From an uncultured Rickettsiales bacterium (GTDB lineage Bacteria; Pseudomonadota; Alphaproteobacteria; Rickettsiales; UBA1997), in the NCBI GenBank assembly GCA_944392135.1, contig CALXVQ010000005.1, positions 1,245-65,244 on the forward strand: a stretch of DNA of 64,000 bases, written 5' to 3'. Below are positions 9,663 through 20,003 of the stretch, piece by piece. The stretch's first letter is position 1. The number at the start of each line of letters is the position of its first letter. The notes under the pieces were generated by a model that had not been told where the DNA came from, searched no databases, and was given only the letters and a program-made list of their open reading frames with translations. A program made the translations under genes and the position numbers.

Positions 9663-12600
9663 ATTCTATTTTCCCAAAACTCGTCCATAAAATATAACAC
9701 TTAATTATTTTATCTTTATAAATTTTTTGCAGAATTTTTTTATACAATTCTAATTGCATTTTATATTTTTCTGGAACTTGTTTATATAAATAATTAGTAT
9801 TTTTATAATCAACAATATAAATAACATCATCAATTATAGACAACCTATCAATTTTTCCAGAAACAATATTTTTTTCATCAATCTTACCAAAAATAGGAAC
9901 TTCGGCTTTTGAATTACTTGAAAATAAAAAACTAAATTCTTTATTATTTAAAATATCTAGTACCATATTTTTAATTTTAGCTTTATTATTTGAATTTTTT
10001 AAATATATTTCAAAAATATCATTCCACTCTTCATTATCAATATCCGGCAATATCTCTAATAATTTATGAACCAATTTTCCATTTTCTAAATTTTCATTAT
10101 TTTGGATTGGTGATTTTATAGAATTTTCTTGATAATAAATAGAAGGATTGATAATATTTATTTCATTTTCTTCTTCTTTATTTTTTGTAAAAGTAGACAT
10201 AATTTCATTAATTTTTTCATCATTTTTATTGTCTTGTTCTACAATAATTTCATTATCATTTTTACCATTGTTATATCTATCTTCTTCACCAATATATAAA
10301 ATATCACCATCTATATATTTACTTTGTCTTGTTTTTACATCTTCATTGTTTTGAATTGTATTTAATAAAATAGAATACCAAGAATTTTCAACTGCTTTTT
10401 TCCCTTTTTTAAAATCGCATATATATAATTCATTTTCAGCTCTTGTCATTGCAACATATAGTAATCTTAAATATTCTTCTTCTACCTTATTTTTCATATC
10501 ATCTTTAATTTTTTCTATTAATCTACTTTTTTCTTTTTTAATAATAGGCATATAATAATCATTACCATCTTCTTTATATCTTAAAATATTATCTATTTTA
10601 TAAATAGATGAAGATACATGATTAGTTTGTGGCATTATTACTATTGGGCTTTCCAAACCCTTTGATAAATGTGTTGTCATTATTCTAATTTCATTAGTTT
10701 TTTGCGCCATATCTCTTTTAATCTTTAAATCATTATTTTCCAAAAAACTTATAAAATTTAAAATAGTGCTATCATTATGTGATTTTTCGTATTCATTAGC
10801 TAAATTCAAAAATTCACTAAATATTTCATCAGTAATATATGGAAATCTTTGTTTAAATAATTTTTTTGTATTTTTTATTTCAAAAATATAAAGTAATAAT
10901 TCATAAATGGAAATATTTTTACTTTTTTCAATAATATCAGCTAAAAATTTTGTTTCATTTTTATATTTTTCATTTTTTTGAAAAGCATACCACAAACTAC
11001 AATTATTATTATTTTTATAATCACATAAAGTATATAAATCTTCTTCTAATAAGTTTAAAAATGGTGATTTTATAATATTAGCTAGTGATAGGTCATCCTC
11101 ATTAAAAATTAAAAAATTTAATAAAGAAATTATATCTTGTGAAACAATATTATCTAGTAAATCAAATCTATCATTACCCATTGTAGGTATATTTCTTTTA
11201 CTAAATTCTCTAATTAAATAATTAATAAAATCCTTATTTGTACGAGATCTTATGAGAATCATTATGTCGCCATATTTAATTTTTCTGTATTTCTTAGTTT
11301 CTCTATCACATATCATTTTTTCATTTCTAAACCATTCACTAACTTCATTTGCAATAGTTTCTGCTAATTTTTGTTCATTGGTTTTTTCTACTACATCAAC
11401 ATAATTTATTTGCCAATCTTCCAGAGATTTTTTATCTTTCTTTTCTTCTTTATTCTCTTTTTTATTTTTTTCTTTTTCTTCTTCAATTTCTTCTCCAATT
11501 AAAGGCCACACTTCCACTTTTCCAACACTTTCTTTTCTAACAAACTGATGAGTAATTTTATCAACTAATTTTGTAATAGCTACTCTTCTACAAGGTTCAG
11601 CATATACATTATCTACCAGATTTAACACAGATTGTAATGACCTAAAAGAAGCATTTAAAAATATATTATCAAATTTTTTACCACATTGTTCTATTTTATA
11701 TTTATAATCTTTAAGTGTGATATTAAAAATATCAGGTTCTGCTCCTTGGAAACTAAAAATTGATTGTTTTTCATCACCAACCACAAATATAGTTCTATTA
11801 ATATCTTCTTTTTGCCCCTGACCGGAAAAAAATTCTTCTGTGATTGACTTTACAATATTCCATTGTATAGGACTAGTATCTTGTGCTTCATCTATTAAAA
11901 TATGATCAATACCTTCATCTAATTTATAATTAATCCAACTAGAAAAACAATTATCACCAGTTATATTTTTAAATGATGAATTATTCAACAAACTATTTGT
12001 TTCAATAATTAAATCATTATAATCTAAATATCCATTTTGTTTTTTCAAAAAAGAATAAACTTCAAAAATATAATAAATAATATTTAAAAAAGCTTTTGTG
12101 AATTCAAAATTTTTTAAATTTGCAAGATATTCATAAGTTTTATAAGATCTTTCTGCTTCTTTTGATACAAATTCTTTTAGTTCTGGAAAATTTTTTTGCA
12201 TACCAACAGATAATAATCTACTAGTAATTTCTAAATTATCTTTTAAAAAACATAACATATATTCATAAATCAGGCTTTTGTCATTTTTATAATCGCTTAA
12301 TGATTTAGCAAACTTTTGATCAAATTGCTTTCCTTCATTACTTAAAATTTCCCATATACCAGTACCAACTAATGAAAAATCTGTATTATTATAAAAATCA
12401 TCTTCAATAAGTTCTACTGTATCATTTTCATTAATTTTAAAAATTTTTCTTAATTCATCTATGATACCATTAATTGTAAAAAATCTATCTTTCAAATAGA
12501 TAAAATTATTTTTTTGATCATTTGCAAGTTGTAATAATTTTATAAAATTATCTTCATTAATATTAGTAAAAATATATTCTATTGATTTTTTTATTTCTTC

Positions 12601-13104
12601 ATTGTTAGTTTTTAATAACTCTTTTTTTGCTTGCATTAATAATTCTAATGATGCATTTTCATCTAATATTTGGAAATTAGGAATAATGCCAGCTTCTAGT
12701 GGAAATCTTTTTATTATTTGCTGACAAAATGCATGTATTGTAAGAATTTTAAAACTATTACTATTATCTAATATCTTTGCAAATAATGTTCTAGCTATTT
12801 TTAGTTTTTTTTCTATATTTTCTTTCTCGTCTAAATTAATAATTTCCTGTTTAAGTGCATCATCATCCATTACAGTCCAACTCGCTAATTTTTGATTAAT
12901 TTTATTTCTCATTGTTGTATCACCAGTTTTTGTAAATGTGATACATAAAATTTTTGATGGTTCCACATTATTCAAAAGCATTCTAAGAAGTCTTTTAACT
13001 AACACAGTTGTTTTTCCAGAACCAGCAGAAGCACTAGTCCATATTGAATATTCAGGATTTGAAGCCTTATTTTGTTGTATTTCTACTTCATCTATTAGAG
13101 ACAT
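9652..13104 (-). CDS. addA: UvrD/Rep-type helicase with C-terminal RecB-like nuclease (AddA-type)
   Basis: Walker A ASAGSGKTT, DEAQDTSP (helicase motif II) and a C-terminal PD-(D/E)XK-like GKIDRLSII..IYIVDYKN. 1150 aa. Confidence 0.8.
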   Translation of the reverse strand: MSLIDEVEIQQNKASNPEYSIWTSASAGSGKTTVLVKRLLRMLLNNVEPSKILCITFTKTGDTTMRNKINQKLASWTVMDDDALKQEIINLDEKENIEKKLKIARTLFAKILDNSNSFKILTIHAFCQQIIKRFPLEAGIIPNFQILDENASLELLMQAKKELLKTNNEEIKKSIEYIFTNINEDNFIKLLQLANDQKNNFIYLKDRFFTINGIIDELRKIFKINENDTVELIEDDFYNNTDFSLVGTGIWEILSNEGKQFDQKFAKSLSDYKNDKSLIYEYMLCFLKDNLEITSRLLSVGMQKNFPELKEFVSKEAERSYKTYEYLANLKNFEFTKAFLNIIYYIFEVYSFLKKQNGYLDYNDLIIETNSLLNNSSFKNITGDNCFSSWINYKLDEGIDHILIDEAQDTSPIQWNIVKSITEEFFSGQGQKEDINRTIFVVGDEKQSIFSFQGAEPDIFNITLKDYKYKIEQCGKKFDNIFLNASFRSLQSVLNLVDNVYAEPCRRVAITKLVDKITHQFVRKESVGKVEVWPLIGEEIEEEKEKNKKENKEEKKDKKSLEDWQINYVDVVEKTNEQKLAETIANEVSEWFRNEKMICDRETKKYRKIKYGDIMILIRSRTNKDFINYLIREFSKRNIPTMGNDRFDLLDNIVSQDIISLLNFLIFNEDDLSLANIIKSPFLNLLEEDLYTLCDYKNNNNCSLWYAFQKNEKYKNETKFLADIIEKSKNISIYELLLYIFEIKNTKKLFKQRFPYITDEIFSEFLNLANEYEKSHNDSTILNFISFLENNDLKIKRDMAQKTNEIRIMTTHLSKGLESPIVIMPQTNHVSSSIYKIDNILRYKEDGNDYYMPIIKKEKSRLIEKIKDDMKNKVEEEYLRLLYVAMTRAENELYICDFKKGKKAVENSWYSILLNTIQNNEDVKTRQSKYIDGDILYIGEEDRYNNGKNDNEIIVEQDNKNDEKINEIMSTFTKNKEEENEINIINPSIYYQENSIKSPIQNNENLENGKLVHKLLEILPDIDNEEWNDIFEIYLKNSNNKAKIKNMVLDILNNKEFSFLFSSNSKAEVPIFGKIDEKNIVSGKIDRLSIIDDVIYIVDYKNTNYLYKQVPEKYKMQLELYKKILQKIYKDKIIKCYILWTSFGKIEYVS

Positions 13105-13314
13105 AAAATATATTTTATTTTTTCTAAATATAAAACAAAAAATTTAATATGTAAGTAAAAAATATATTAATTTTCTTTATCAATAAACAATTATTAGTTG
13201 TAATATTTAATATATTTATGAGTGAAATATATTATATATTTAATAATAATAATACTTTAAATACATATATTTATTAATAATAAATTATATTGTATAAAAA
13301 TTTAATAAATATTA

Positions 13315-13343
13315 TTGACAAATTATGAATATATATTTATAAT
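13315..13343 (+). promoter_or_regulatory. perfect sigma70 consensus promoter TTGACA-N17-TATAAT with no downstream plus-strand CDS
   Basis: TTGACA at 13315-13320, an exact 17-nt spacer, then TATAAT at 13338-13343. Both flanking genes are on the minus strand. Confidence 0.45.
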
Positions 13344-13349
13344 TGAATT

Positions 13350-13430
13350 AGTATTGGGCTTGTAATCTAATAAAATACCTTTTAGGGAATAAATTACAAT
13401 TATATATGCCTCCAAACCCAATACTTTTCT
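13350..13430 (+). ncRNA. candidate small structured RNA (unknown class)
   Basis: Begins about 7 nt after the -10 box. GTATTGGG (13351-13358) pairs with CCCAATAC (13417-13424). An inner stem pairs TTGTAAT (13360-13366) with ATTACAA (13393-13399). A TTTT run follows. A second hairpin (13460-13470 with 13487-13497) plus a T-run could instead mark the 3' end. Confidence 0.3.
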
Positions 13431-13503
13431 ATATCTTTTAAAAAATAAATATAAATTTTAGTAAGATATATTATATATCTTAATTATATATCTTACTAAT
13501 TTT

Positions 13504-15522
13504 TTATTCTTTCTTTTTGGTTTTTGTTTTTTTATTATCTTTACTTGTTTTTTTATCCTTTGTTTCTTTTTTTATTTGTTTATCCTTTTTATCTTTTTTG
13601 TTTTCTTTGTCTTCTTTCTTAATTTCCTTTTCATCTTTTTCTTTTGCTTTTTCAATATCGCCTATTGTAAAAGGACCAAAGGTTGAGAAATTCATTTCAG
13701 TATAATCAACATCTTTCTTTTCTGGTTCTATTGATTCGCCCTTTAAAATTTTATCTACTTGTTCTTTATCAAGTGTTTCGTATTTTAATAAAGCTTCGGC
13801 AAGAGTAATTAAATCTTTTTTCTTTGATTTTAATATATCTTCTGCTTTTTGTTTTTGAGTGATAATAATATTTTTAATTTCATTATCAATCAAATCTAAT
13901 GTTTCATCAGAACTTCCTTCTAATAAATGTCCTTCTTCAGCATGTCTCTTTCTTTCATAATTTACAGGACCTAATTTATCACTAAAACCATACATAGTAA
14001 CCATTCTTTCAGCAATTCTTGTAGCTTGTTTAATATCAGAACTTGCACCACCTGTAATTTTATCAGGACCCAATATAATTTCTTCAGCAATCCTTCCACC
14101 AAAACATACCATAATATCTTCAAGCATTTGAATTTTATTTTCATAGTTTTTATCATCTTCTGGCAAGAATGATGTAACACCACCTGCTCTACCCCTAGGA
14201 ATAATTGTAACTTTATGTAAAGGATCTACATTTTTGCAATTCAAAGCAACAATAGTATGACCTGCCTCATGATAAGCTGTTAATTTCCTATCTTCTGGCT
14301 TCATTGGTCTATTTTTTCTAGCTAAACCCATAACAATTTTATCAGTAGCTTCTTCAACTTCTTGCATAGTAATTTTTTTTCTATTAGCCCTAGCAGTTAA
14401 TAAAGCACTTTCATTAATTAAATTAGCTAAATCAGCACCAGAAAAACCAGGTGTAGATTTTGCAATAACGCTTAAATCAACATCAGATGCTAATTGTACT
14501 TTTTTAGCATGTACTTTTAAAATTTCTTCCCTGCCTTTGTAATCAGGAAGATTTACTGTTATTTGTCTATCAAATCTACCTGGTCGCATCAAAGCTTTAT
14601 CAAGTACATCAGGTCTATTTGTTGCAGCTATAACAATAACCCCTTCATTTCCTTCAAAACCATCCATTTCAACAAGCAATTGATTAAGTGTTTGTTCTCT
14701 TTCATCATTTCCACCACCAATGCCAACACCTCTATGTCTACCAACTGCATCAATTTCATCAATAAAAATTAAACAAGGAGCATTTTTTTTAGCTTCTTCA
14801 AACATATCTCTAACTCTACTAGCACCAACACCAACAAACATTTCAACAAAGTCAGAACCAGATATAAAAAAGAAAGGTACATTTGCTTCACCAGCAATAG
14901 CTCTTGCTAATAATGTTTTACCAGTACCAGGTTCACCGATTAATAAACAGCCCCTAGGAATTTTAGCCCCAATTTTTGTATATTTTTCTGGATCTTTTAA
15001 AAAATCAACTAATTCTTCTAATTCTTCTTTTGCTTCATCAATACCAGCAACATCTTGAAAAGTAATTTTTCCTTTCATTTGCAATAATTTTGCTTTTGAT
15101 TTTGCAAACTTAAATGCACCACCAGCTCCACCACTAGCACCTTTTATAAAATATATCCATATACCAACTAAAATTAAGAATGGCAATAAACTAAGTACAA
15201 AACTAACAAACTTATCACCCTTTGACATTAAAGGACTAACTTTTACATCAACATCTTTATTTTTCAATTCTTTAACTAAATCAGGGTATTCTGTTGACAT
15301 TGTAGAAAATTTTGTTCCATCTGCTAATTCTCCGGAAATTGAACTACCACGAATTTCTACACTTTTAATCTCATTACTATCAATTTTTTTTAAAAAATCT
15401 GAAAAAATTATATTGTTTTTATTTGACATATCGGCATCAAATGCCCCAGATAAAATAAATATAGCAATTATAATTATTGCCCATATTGTAAAATTTTTCT
15501 TTGTTCCATTACCATTATTCAT
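13504..15522 (-). CDS. ftsH: ATP-dependent zinc metalloprotease FtsH
   Basis: Walker [10 protein letters not shown], Walker [13 protein letters not shown] region [19 protein letters not shown] and zinc site HEAGH. It has a Lys-rich C-terminal tail. Confidence 0.95.
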   Translation of the reverse strand: MNNGNGTKKNFTIWAIIIIAIFILSGAFDADMSNKNNIIFSDFLKKIDSNEIKSVEIRGSSISGELADGTKFSTMSTEYPDLVKELKNKDVDVKVSPLMSKGDKFVSFVLSLLPFLILVGIWIYFIKGASGGAGGAFKFAKSKAKLLQMKGKITFQDVAGIDEAKEELEELVDFLKDPEKYTKIGAKIPRGCLLIGEPGTGKTLLARAIAGEANVPFFFISGSDFVEMFVGVGASRVRDMFEEAKKNAPCLIFIDEIDAVGRHRGVGIGGGNDEREQTLNQLLVEMDGFEGNEGVIVIAATNRPDVLDKALMRPGRFDRQITVNLPDYKGREEILKVHAKKVQLASDVDLSVIAKSTPGFSGADLANLINESALLTARANRKKITMQEVEEATDKIVMGLARKNRPMKPEDRKLTAYHEAGHTIVALNCKNVDPLHKVTIIPRGRAGGVTSFLPEDDKNYENKIQMLEDIMVCFGGRIAEEIILGPDKITGGASSDIKQATRIAERMVTMYGFSDKLGPVNYERKRHAEEGHLLEGSSDETLDLIDNEIKNIIITQKQKAEDILKSKKKDLITLAEALLKYETLDKEQVDKILKGESIEPEKKDVDYTEMNFSTFGPFTIGDIEKAKEKDEKEIKKEDKENKKDKKDKQIKKETKDKKTSKDNKKTKTKKKE

Positions 15523-15655
15523 TATGAATTATAACTTATTTATTTAATATTAAATATCTAATATATTTTTTAAAAATTTCAAGTATTAAATACATTTAAA
15601 AAATTCATTGTAAAAATAAAAATTTATTGTATTTTTCTATATATGTAAAAAATAT

Positions 15656-17344
15656 TTGTTTAAATTGTTAGAAAGTTTAAGTATAAATAATATAGTTTTA
15701 ATAGATAAACTTAATATACATTTAGATAATGGTTTATGTGTATTGACTGGTGAAACTGGTTCTGGTAAATCAATTTTACTTGATGCATTAGGTTTAGCAA
15801 TAGGTTATAGATCAAATAGTAGATTATTAAGAAATGGCGAATCTATGGGTTCAGTTATTGCTGACTTTAATATAACCAATAATCAAAATTGCAAAAATCT
15901 ATTAAACGAATTAGGCATTGATTACGATAATAATATCATAATTAGAAGAATTTTATATAATGATGGAAGAAGTAAAGCTTTTATAAATGACATTCAAGTT
16001 ACACAAAGTTTTTTACAAAATGTCGGTGAAACATTAGTTGAAATACATGGACAAAATGAGCAAATAGGACTTTTAAATTCATCAAATCACAGAGAAATAT
16101 TGGATCAATTTGGCAATTTACTAGATAAAAGAAATATAATATCTAATATTTTTGAAAAAATGAAAACATCAAAAGATAAATTAGAAGAATTATTATCAAA
16201 AAAAGACAATATAGAAAAAGAAAAAGATTATTTAAAACATATTATAAACGAAATTGAAGCATTAAATTTACAACCTAATGAAGAACAAGAGTTAGCAGAA
16301 AAAAGAATTTTAATGATGAATAAAGAAAAAGTATTAAATGTTTTAAATGAAGTAAAAGATAGTTTAGAAGGTCAATATAATGTAGATAAAGGTATATCAT
16401 CAGCTCAACATACATTATCAAGGGGTGTTAGACTTGGAGATAATTTATTAGAAAAAGATAAAAATGCTTTTGAAGAAATTATAGAAAATTTAGAACAAGC
16501 TAGCATCAATATAAACGAAGCTTCATCTAAAATTGAAGAAATTTTTGATTCATTGGGTTTTGATAATAATACTCTTGAAAGTGTCGAGGAAAGACTTTTT
16601 GCTATTAGGGGCTTGGCTAGAAAATTAAATATTCAACCTGACTATATATTAGATTTAAAAATGGAGTTAGAAGAAAAATTATCAAATTTAGAAAATCAAG
16701 AAGTTATTATTGATGATCTAGAAAAAGAAGTAAAAGAATTAAAAAATAATTTCTTATCAAATGCAAAAGAATTAAGCAATTCTAGAAAAGAAGTAGCTAA
16801 AAAACTAGCAGAAGAATTAATGAATGAATTAAAACCATTAAAAATGGAAAGAACAGTGTTTGATGTTGAATTTAAAGAATTAGATGAAAACAATTGGAAT
16901 AAATATGGTATTGATAGTATTAGATTTTTAGCATCAACCAATCCTGGTACACCAATGAATGAATTATCAAAAATAGCATCTGGTGGTGAATTATCTAGAT
17001 TTATGTTGGCATTAAAAGTTGTATTATCAAAAGTAAATTCTGTACCAACTATGATATTTGATGAAATTGATACTGGAATTAGCGGAGCCGTTGCAGAAGC
17101 TGTTGGTGATAGACTTAAAAAATTAGGACAATCATTACAAGTATTAGTTGTTACACATCATGCACAAGTAGCTTCAAAAGGAAATTATCACCTAAAAGTT
17201 CAAAAAGTACAACAAAACGATAAAACAAATACAAATGTAATCGTTTTAGAAGGAAAAGATAGGATTAATGAAATTGCAAGAATGTTCTCTGGTGAAATAA
17301 TTACAGATGATGCTTTAAAAGTTGCTGAAAAAATGCTAAATTAA
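15656..17344 (+). CDS. recN: DNA repair protein RecN
   Basis: N-terminal GETGSGKSILLDAL, long coiled-coil middle, C-terminal ASGGELSRFMLALK and MIFDEIDTGISG. TTG start. Confidence 0.9.
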   Translation: MFKLLESLSINNIVLIDKLNIHLDNGLCVLTGETGSGKSILLDALGLAIGYRSNSRLLRNGESMGSVIADFNITNNQNCKNLLNELGIDYDNNIIIRRILYNDGRSKAFINDIQVTQSFLQNVGETLVEIHGQNEQIGLLNSSNHREILDQFGNLLDKRNIISNIFEKMKTSKDKLEELLSKKDNIEKEKDYLKHIINEIEALNLQPNEEQELAEKRILMMNKEKVLNVLNEVKDSLEGQYNVDKGISSAQHTLSRGVRLGDNLLEKDKNAFEEIIENLEQASININEASSKIEEIFDSLGFDNNTLESVEERLFAIRGLARKLNIQPDYILDLKMELEEKLSNLENQEVIIDDLEKEVKELKNNFLSNAKELSNSRKEVAKKLAEELMNELKPLKMERTVFDVEFKELDENNWNKYGIDSIRFLASTNPGTPMNELSKIASGGELSRFMLALKVVLSKVNSVPTMIFDEIDTGISGAVAEAVGDRLKKLGQSLQVLVVTHHAQVASKGNYHLKVQKVQQNDKTNTNVIVLEGKDRINEIARMFSGEIITDDALKVAEKMLN

Positions 17345-18018
17345 GATAGTATTTTATTAATAATAGCTATATTTAGCTTTTTAATATTATTTTGTTCTAT
17401 TTCTTTTTCTAAATTATTTACAAAATCAATAATAGCATTATAGTTATTACTAGTCTTTTGTGAGACATAATTTAATATTTTATAATCGATATTTATTTGT
17501 TTATCAGTCAATAATTTAAGTAATATTTGCTCTTTTGAATTATTATCTAAATCTTGCAAAATAAAATTATAGGTATTTTTAAATCTAGATTCCAAATCTG
17601 GAATTTCAAAATTAAATTCATCAATACATTTTTTACTTGTAATCAATAAAATAGCATTTTTCTCAATAATTGTATTCATTAAAAATAAAAAATATTCTTC
17701 ATTAATTTTAATATCATCAATGTCTTCCAGAATATATTTTTGATTATTTTTTATTTCATTTTTTAAAAAATCTATAAAGTCATTTTTGCTTTTTTGAAAA
17801 ATATTTTTATCTAAAAAAATAGCTTTTTGTAATTTATGCCATATATTGCAAATATAAGTTTTTCCACTATTTTTAGCACCAGTTAGTAAATAAATATTAT
17901 TATTAAATAAAAAAGAAGATGTAATAAATTCAAATACATTTCTATTGCCATCATGTACTATAAAATTCTTTACATCATATATATCTTTATTTATAGAAAA
18001 TGAAAAACTTAATTGCAT
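17341..18018 (-). CDS. DnaA-related AAA+ protein (Hda/HdaA-like regulatory inactivator)
   Basis: 225 aa. Degenerate P-loop LLTGAKNSGKTY, Walker B-like ILEDIDDI and a DnaA box VII-like PDLESRF. Overlaps tmk by 10 nt. Confidence 0.6.
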   Translation of the reverse strand: MQLSFSFSINKDIYDVKNFIVHDGNRNVFEFITSSFLFNNNIYLLTGAKNSGKTYICNIWHKLQKAIFLDKNIFQKSKNDFIDFLKNEIKNNQKYILEDIDDIKINEEYFLFLMNTIIEKNAILLITSKKCIDEFNFEIPDLESRFKNTYNFILQDLDNNSKEQILLKLLTDKQINIDYKILNYVSQKTSNNYNAIIDFVNNLEKEIEQNNIKKLNIAIINKILS

Positions 18019-18650
18019 AAATTTTTATCTATAATATTCAAAATATCTTTTTGTAATTCTTCTATTGTTTTATTTTCAACATTAATTAATTTAACTCTAT
18101 TAGGGTTATTTTTTGCAATCTCAGCAAAACCATTTCTAACTCTATTATGAAAAGCTACTGCCATACTCTCAAATCTGTTTTTTTCACCCCTAATATCAGT
18201 TCTTCTTAACCCTTCTTCCACATCTAAATCAAGAATTAAAGTCAAATCAGGTTTAAAACCATCTAAAACAATTTTTTGTATTTCTGTAATTTTATTTAAG
18301 TCTAAACCATAACCATAACCTTGATATGCAAAACTAGAATCAAAATATCTATCGGAAACAACAACCTTTCCTTCTTTTAAAAGCGGTTTAATTTTCTTTT
18401 CAGTATGATCTCTTCTTGCTGCATACATTAATAATAATTCAGTAATACCATCCCATTTATTTACAGCGCCACTAATTATTAATTTTCTAATTTCTTCTGC
18501 ACTATCAGAACCTCCCGGTTCCCTAGTCCATACAGCTTCAATTCCAATATTATTTAAATAATCAACTAGCATCTTAGATTGAGTACTTTTTCCAGCACCT
18601 TCTACACCTTCAAAAGTAATAAATTTTCCTTTTATTTTATCAAAGTTCAT
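18009..18650 (-). CDS. tmk: thymidylate kinase
   Basis: FITFEGVEGAGKSTQ P-loop, DRY motif (VVSDRYFDSSFAYQG). 213 aa. Confidence 0.9.
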   Translation of the reverse strand: MNFDKIKGKFITFEGVEGAGKSTQSKMLVDYLNNIGIEAVWTREPGGSDSAEEIRKLIISGAVNKWDGITELLLMYAARRDHTEKKIKPLLKEGKVVVSDRYFDSSFAYQGYGYGLDLNKITEIQKIVLDGFKPDLTLILDLDVEEGLRRTDIRGEKNRFESMAVAFHNRVRNGFAEIAKNNPNRVKLINVENKTIEELQKDILNIIDKNLCN

Positions 18651-19986
18651 TATCTTCTTCTCTTTTTATTATTTTATCAAAAATTTCTCCATTTACCTTA
18701 TAAAATTCATTGTCTTCTAAATTATTTATAGAAGATAATAATATAATTATTTTTTCTTCCTTTTTTTCATCTTTTAATAATTCTTTTAATTTTTGTAAAG
18801 AAGTTTCCATATCGTACATAATGGAATATTTAACATCATTATCATCAAATAAATTAGTAATAGTTTCATTATGTTTTCCAATTATAAATACATACTTTAA
18901 TTTATGGAAATGTTTTTGCAATTTTACAAACTCATCCAATTCAAATTCTGGTTCATCTATACATAAAAGCCAATAAATATTATCAAATGTAATTAAAGAT
19001 TGAAATTTATTTTTGTTTTTAATATCATCAACAAAGACAAAATTTTCTTTTTGTAAAATAATTTCAAACACTTCACCAACACCTTTATAATTATGTATAT
19101 TTTCTATAACTTCTTGAGGATTGTAATTCTTTTTTATTAAAAGTGCAAGTGTAGCTAATATATTAATCTTATTTTGTTCACCTATTAAGCTAGCAAATGT
19201 ATCAGCTAAAAATTCTTCATTTCTATTATCTACATTAATATAAAATTCATTATTAATTAATGAAATACCATTATCTATAATTTTATTAGCTGATATTGGA
19301 ATTAATTGAGTTTTAATTCTTTCATCGTCTTTAAGTTCTTTGTATAATTCTTTAACTTCCTTATTATCCATATTTAAAATTGTAAAATCACCGTTTTCTT
19401 GTTTTAAGATCATTTTTTCAATTTTATCTAATGCAGATTTTTCATAATCTAAATCAAAAATAATTAAAGAATTTAATCTTGGACCTTGAATAATTTTAAA
19501 AACATCATCATTTAATTGTATAATACAATCATTATTTTTACCAAATTTATCCAAGTCAATACAAGTATCATATTTTAAAGACTCTCTTTGCTCATCCATA
19601 TTGTATTTGTAAAGAAAATGCTTTAATAAAAATGATGTAATAGAAAAACCACTTTTACCAATTAGACCAATATAATTATATTCTGTAAAATATTTTTTAA
19701 AAAAATCAAGTATAGAATAAACTTGGCAATTATTTTTTTCTGCTAAACTGTTTAATGTTTCATTAGTATTATTTATAACTAAACATTCCAACTCTCGCCA
19801 ATTAACTTTATTACTTGATAAAGATGTAATTAATTCTTGATTTTGAAATATTGAATAATCGATATCACTTTCATCTAAAATAACTACACTTATAGCATTT
19901 TTGTTTAGAAAATTGACAAACAATTTTCCTATATTATCTAAACCATATACTGCTATTTTTTTTCCTTTAAATTGTTCTATATGCAT
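18640..19986 (-). CDS. divergent Mur-ligase-like protein (MurD paralogue with degenerate catalytic motifs)
   Basis: MurD-like N-terminal Rossmann segment KKIAVYGLDNIGKLFVNFL. The P-loop position reads GLIGKSGFSITS where the genuine murD in this window has GTKGKTTT. GEQNKINILATLAL sits where MurD has G.HN..N. KGVGEVFE replaces the G.(P)HR.E motif. Confidence 0.5.
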   Translation of the reverse strand: MHIEQFKGKKIAVYGLDNIGKLFVNFLNKNAISVVILDESDIDYSIFQNQELITSLSSNKVNWRELECLVINNTNETLNSLAEKNNCQVYSILDFFKKYFTEYNYIGLIGKSGFSITSFLLKHFLYKYNMDEQRESLKYDTCIDLDKFGKNNDCIIQLNDDVFKIIQGPRLNSLIIFDLDYEKSALDKIEKMILKQENGDFTILNMDNKEVKELYKELKDDERIKTQLIPISANKIIDNGISLINNEFYINVDNRNEEFLADTFASLIGEQNKINILATLALLIKKNYNPQEVIENIHNYKGVGEVFEIILQKENFVFVDDIKNKNKFQSLITFDNIYWLLCIDEPEFELDEFVKLQKHFHKLKYVFIIGKHNETITNLFDDNDVKYSIMYDMETSLQKLKELLKDEKKEEKIIILLSSINNLEDNEFYKVNGEIFDKIIKREEDNEL

Positions 19987-20003
19987 TTTCTTTATAAAAA
20001 TAA

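Noticed and set aside
13504-13650. Lys-rich C-terminal tail of FtsH as a separate feature
   Set aside because: Low-complexity Lys/Glu tails are common in AT-rich genomes because AAA and GAA codons are favoured. I saw no evidence of a distinct function.
13517-15058. Several short ORFs inside or antisense to ftsH (13517-13705, 13971-14183, 14563-14772, 14720-15058)
   Set aside because: All lie within the ftsH coding region, which has unambiguous AAA+ and HEAGH motifs. None has a motif of its own.
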